From positions 320,001 to 384,000 of the forward strand of contig CAXXFV010000016.1 in assembly GCA_963674595.2 (NCBI GenBank): a DNA stretch of 64,000 bases. Reading direction: 5' to 3'. The position numbers and the translations under genes are program-made. The notes beneath the pieces were generated by a model. It saw nothing but the letters and a program-made list of their open reading frames with translations. It did no database searches and had not been told where the DNA came from. Source of the stretch: a bacterium. Its GTDB lineage: Bacteria; Zhuqueibacterota; Zhuqueibacteria; Residuimicrobiales; Krinioviventaceae. Positions 60,919 through 64,000 of this stretch are shown here, in pieces. Position 1 is the stretch's first letter. The number at the start of each line of letters is the position of its first letter.

Positions 60919-62583
60919 TTATCTTAATATTATAAAATTTTCCGGTGAATCCGGCGCTTGTGAATCAATTGTTGTGGTTTTTAAATATAAAACCCAATCA
61001 CCTGAAAACGGAGGTGAAAAAGATTCCATCCCTGCGGCTGCTCTTTTAAATTCCGAAAGATAAGTGCCTTCCCGTGGATTAAACCACAGCACACTAACCG
61101 CATTTACATCTGAAAGATTTACGTTTACATTACCGCCATTTTTTGAATAGAGCAAATACGTTTCTCCGACATTTGCCAGGCAATACCCGTTTGATGTTAA
61201 TTCATCATGCGGAGACATTTTCCAATAGGGGACACCTTCCACAAACTGAAAAAGCCATTTTAGTTCCTGCTGCTGCTGCGGTCTCGCTGTCAGGTCCCAG
61301 CCGCCCTTATCAGGGGCATAGGTTTCCAAAAAACCGGCCGTAAAAAATCCGCCTGCCGTAATTATTTCCCATGCACCGATGCGAACAAAATCATCATCAA
61401 CTTTACCGGCATAAGCGTATTCTCCATTTATCACCGGTTTGTTATAGGTATGGTCTTGCAGAATATCAGAATGCCAGTTAATGTTGTATTTAGAATTTGT
61501 CGGGTCTGTTGTTTGATAGGTCTGCTGCATTATAAAGGACAGCCAACTATCGTTACCAAACTCGGCACAGGTAGAATTGCCGGTCGGGTGCAGCGTGATG
61601 GGATGATCATAAGGATCTGCGTCTGCCAGCACATTGCCATGGTGCCGCATTTTATCCGGTCTATAGCCAATAATGCCATAAATTTCATCATATTCACCAC
61701 AAATTGTCCAAATTACGTTATAAGCCGCATAACGGGCTACCAGGTATTTTATATACCTGTCAAATTGTGCCTCAGAAAATTTAACAAATTCCTGGGCCCA
61801 GGTAAAAAAGAAGGCTGGAGAGATTCCTTTTGATAACGCATATTCTATCCGTTTGTCGACCCATTGAAAGTATCCCGGATTTAAATGATCATAATCCTTA
61901 CCAGTCGCGGTCAAATTGAATACATAACCGCCTTCGTTTCTCCAAAATTCATCACCATTTATATAACTCACTAAAATTGATTGAACAACGTTATAACCCT
62001 GAGATGCCCTCAGGTCAATATAAGGCTTCCAATGGTTTTCGTATGATACCAAATATGTCATACCCCGCCATGAAGTATCTCCTTTCCAAAGGACAGGAGA
62101 ACCATCGTCTCTGATAAAAGAATAGGGATAATCAGGATTATTCCGGATGAATCCTTTATTCGATGAAGATGTACATTCAAACGTTCCTGTTGAATCAAAA
62201 CCTGTATGCGTAGAGGATGATATTGTAAATGACCATGAACCAACTTCAACAGGCGTCATTCTTACAATCCACGTGTCGCCGCCATCCCAAAATCCATTTA
62301 TGGTAATTGTTTGTGTCGGTCCCTGAAAAACACCAGTGATTATTACATCCGTATATTCATTTGCAATAGATTGTGAATTGGTTAATTGAACTTCAAAAAT
62401 TGAATATTTGGGTATACTCTGTATATCGTTTGTTTCCGGCGGAACTGTTTCTCTGGTTGTAGCAACATTGTTTTGTTGATTCGTTTCACTTTCATTGAGC
62501 TGGGCATAGGTATAAGGAATCGAGAGTATAAATAAAAAATTAATGATAACAAAGTTATGTTTGAATTTAGACATAAAAAACAT
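60919..62583 (-). CDS. Secreted DUF5060-DUF4038 (apiosidase/GH140-like) protein with collagen-binding-like domain
   Basis: Signal peptide; GFWDGGDTWIVR, GDTSW, YFQWVDKRI, YLVARYAAYNVIW, KPVINGEYAY, WFNPREG. Confidence 0.78.
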   Translation of the reverse strand: MFFMSKFKHNFVIINFLFILSIPYTYAQLNESETNQQNNVATTRETVPPETNDIQSIPKYSIFEVQLTNSQSIANEYTDVIITGVFQGPTQTITINGFWDGGDTWIVRMTPVEVGSWSFTISSSTHTGFDSTGTFECTSSSNKGFIRNNPDYPYSFIRDDGSPVLWKGDTSWRGMTYLVSYENHWKPYIDLRASQGYNVVQSILVSYINGDEFWRNEGGYVFNLTATGKDYDHLNPGYFQWVDKRIEYALSKGISPAFFFTWAQEFVKFSEAQFDRYIKYLVARYAAYNVIWTICGEYDEIYGIIGYRPDKMRHHGNVLADADPYDHPITLHPTGNSTCAEFGNDSWLSFIMQQTYQTTDPTNSKYNINWHSDILQDHTYNKPVINGEYAYAGKVDDDFVRIGAWEIITAGGFFTAGFLETYAPDKGGWDLTARPQQQQELKWLFQFVEGVPYWKMSPHDELTSNGYCLANVGETYLLYSKNGGNVNVNLSDVNAVSVLWFNPREGTYLSEFKRAAAGMESFSPPFSGDWVLYLKTTTIDSQAPDSPENFIILR

Positions 62584-62642
62584 GGTAATAAATCCTTTGT
62601 TTAAAAATTCATTGAAAGTTCTTTGAATTTTAAAATAAACAA

Positions 62643-62658
62643 TGCAATATCTTTGCCA
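62643..62658 (-). promoter_or_regulatory. sigma54 promoter for the DUF4038 gene
   Basis: Minus strand TGGCAAAGATATTGCA = GG-N10-GC. Confidence 0.72.
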
Positions 62659-63016
62659 TAAGGATTAAAATAGTCTATAAAAAATATGATTTTTTTTTGT
62701 GATTTAATGCCCTGTAAATTAATGAGTTGCTAGTATCGATTTTCAATGGGATTGTTAATTTTTTTAATGACTCTAAAAATTGTCCTATCTGGTAAACAAA
62801 AAAAGTGTTTTAGTGACCAAAATTCAACAAATGTTTCTTTAAATGGTCAATAAATTGGAAATTATTAGTGTTTGGGGTACGATTTTGTAACTTGGTCAAT
62901 AATTTTTAATGAATCCGTCAGCTTGGAGTTGATGTTTTAATTTTTGTTAAGAATTGATTTTTAAGTTGTTATGCCAATTATTTGTTGTGTCAATATATTC
63001 AAGTGATTTCTATGTC

Positions 63017-63032
63017 TGGCATAGTTTTAGCA
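63017..63032 (+). promoter_or_regulatory. sigma54 promoter for the rightmost gene
   Basis: TGGCATAGTTTTAGCA = GG-N10-GC. Confidence 0.65.
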
Positions 63033-63092
63033 TTGTATTCATAAAACTGAATAAATCATTATATTGTTCTTTAGTTATTTGGGAGTAATGGA

Positions 63093-64000
63093 TTGTCTTT
63101 TCGTACATTTTCGCTTTTTACCAAAGGACTCGTAGTCTTTTTTATAATAGTTATCTTTTCAAATAATACAATAGCCGCCACACCATATTGGGCAAATTTG
63201 CAACTGAGTTTACGCAATAACCTAAAGACGATCGTTGATGAAACTCTAAAATGGCAAAATCCTGATGGTTCTGTTTTTCGAAATCTTGCTTTAAACAAGT
63301 GGGATGATGAGGTTGAAATTTTTTATTCCTGGCTTATGTATTACCTGTTAACCGGTGATGAAAGAGCTTATGAGGGCATAAAAAAAATTACGCTGAAATA
63401 TATTAACCGAGGTGAAGACTCTGGTTATTATTTTCATGGATACTGGGCAGATGGTTATAATGATACGGAACATACATTAGAGGGTGTTATTACTTTGGCT
63501 AATTTGGCCTATGTAAAACCCAATGATACCGAGGTTGTTTCTGCTCTGGAACATATTACCGAGCATTTGGGCAATTGGGTTAGTGAATCTCCTGATTGGT
63601 TTGATTATGATACAAAACATATTTATAGTCTGAGACCCGGCACTGAGATCATTAGTTCCACTTATACTACCAGAGTTGATTGGATTTTTAATTTACAGTT
63701 TGCTAAAATGGCCCTTGCCACCTATCATGCTACTTCGAACGAACGGTATTTAAACTGGGTAGGTGAATATTTACAGGGTTGGATGGAATCAACGGAAAAG
63801 AACAAGCAGGAAAATGGTTACTTTTTACTTCCCTGGGAAATTTCCGCTGACACAGGAGAAATAGGCCCCTACAGCGGCACCTGGTATTATCCGGCATTTC
63901 AACCGGGTTGGGGATGGCACACATCCGGTGTAAACGTTGTACGTGATGTTCGCGGATCATTTTTGGATTATTACAAGTTTACTAAAAAACCAGAATATCT
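63093..64000 (+). CDS. Secreted hypothetical protein, possibly an alpha/alpha-toroid carbohydrate-active enzyme (3' end runs off the window)
   Basis: Not in ORF track. TTG after GGGAG gives MSFRTFSLFTKGLVVFFIIVIFSNNTIAATPYW...KWDDEVEIFYSWLMYYLLTGDE...HGYWADGYNDTEHTLEG, open to the window end. Confidence 0.72.
   Translation, partial: MSFRTFSLFTKGLVVFFIIVIFSNNTIAATPYWANLQLSLRNNLKTIVDETLKWQNPDGSVFRNLALNKWDDEVEIFYSWLMYYLLTGDERAYEGIKKITLKYINRGEDSGYYFHGYWADGYNDTEHTLEGVITLANLAYVKPNDTEVVSALEHITEHLGNWVSESPDWFDYDTKHIYSLRPGTEIISSTYTTRVDWIFNLQFAKMALATYHATSNERYLNWVGEYLQGWMESTEKNKQENGYFLLPWEISADTGEIGPYSGTWYYPAFQPGWGWHTSGVNVVRDVRGSFLDYYKFTKKPEY

Overview
AT-rich chromosomal window from a diderm bacterium. 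Gene styles suggest the FCB superphylum (e.g. KSB1/Calditrichota-like), which is an inference. In order it contains: partial argJ; a GC-rich structured intergenic element; a branched-chain amino acid operon (Ile/Leu/Val-rich leader-ilvB-ilvB-ilvN-ilvC-leuA-leuC-leuD-leuB-cimA) with a tandem near-identical ilvB pair and a clear attenuator; an ECF S component; a frameshifted GAF histidine kinase plus sigma54 activator; an 8-gene Agl/Glt-like (TPR-TPR-GltF-ExbB-ExbD-ExbD-FHA/TonB) envelope motor cluster; housekeeping genes (tsaD, rplI-rpsR-ssb-rpsF-pth-rplY-prs-tRNA-Gln-ispE) with an orphan BMC-H shell gene; lpxH-mreCD-mrdA-rodA-lgt; an unusual beta-barrel gene, cpoB and glgA; a sigma54-promoter-led exopolysaccharide operon headed by a STAS-HTH fusion; and two divergent secreted-protein genes, each with a sigma54 promoter. 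No CRISPR array, rRNA or intact transposase was seen.
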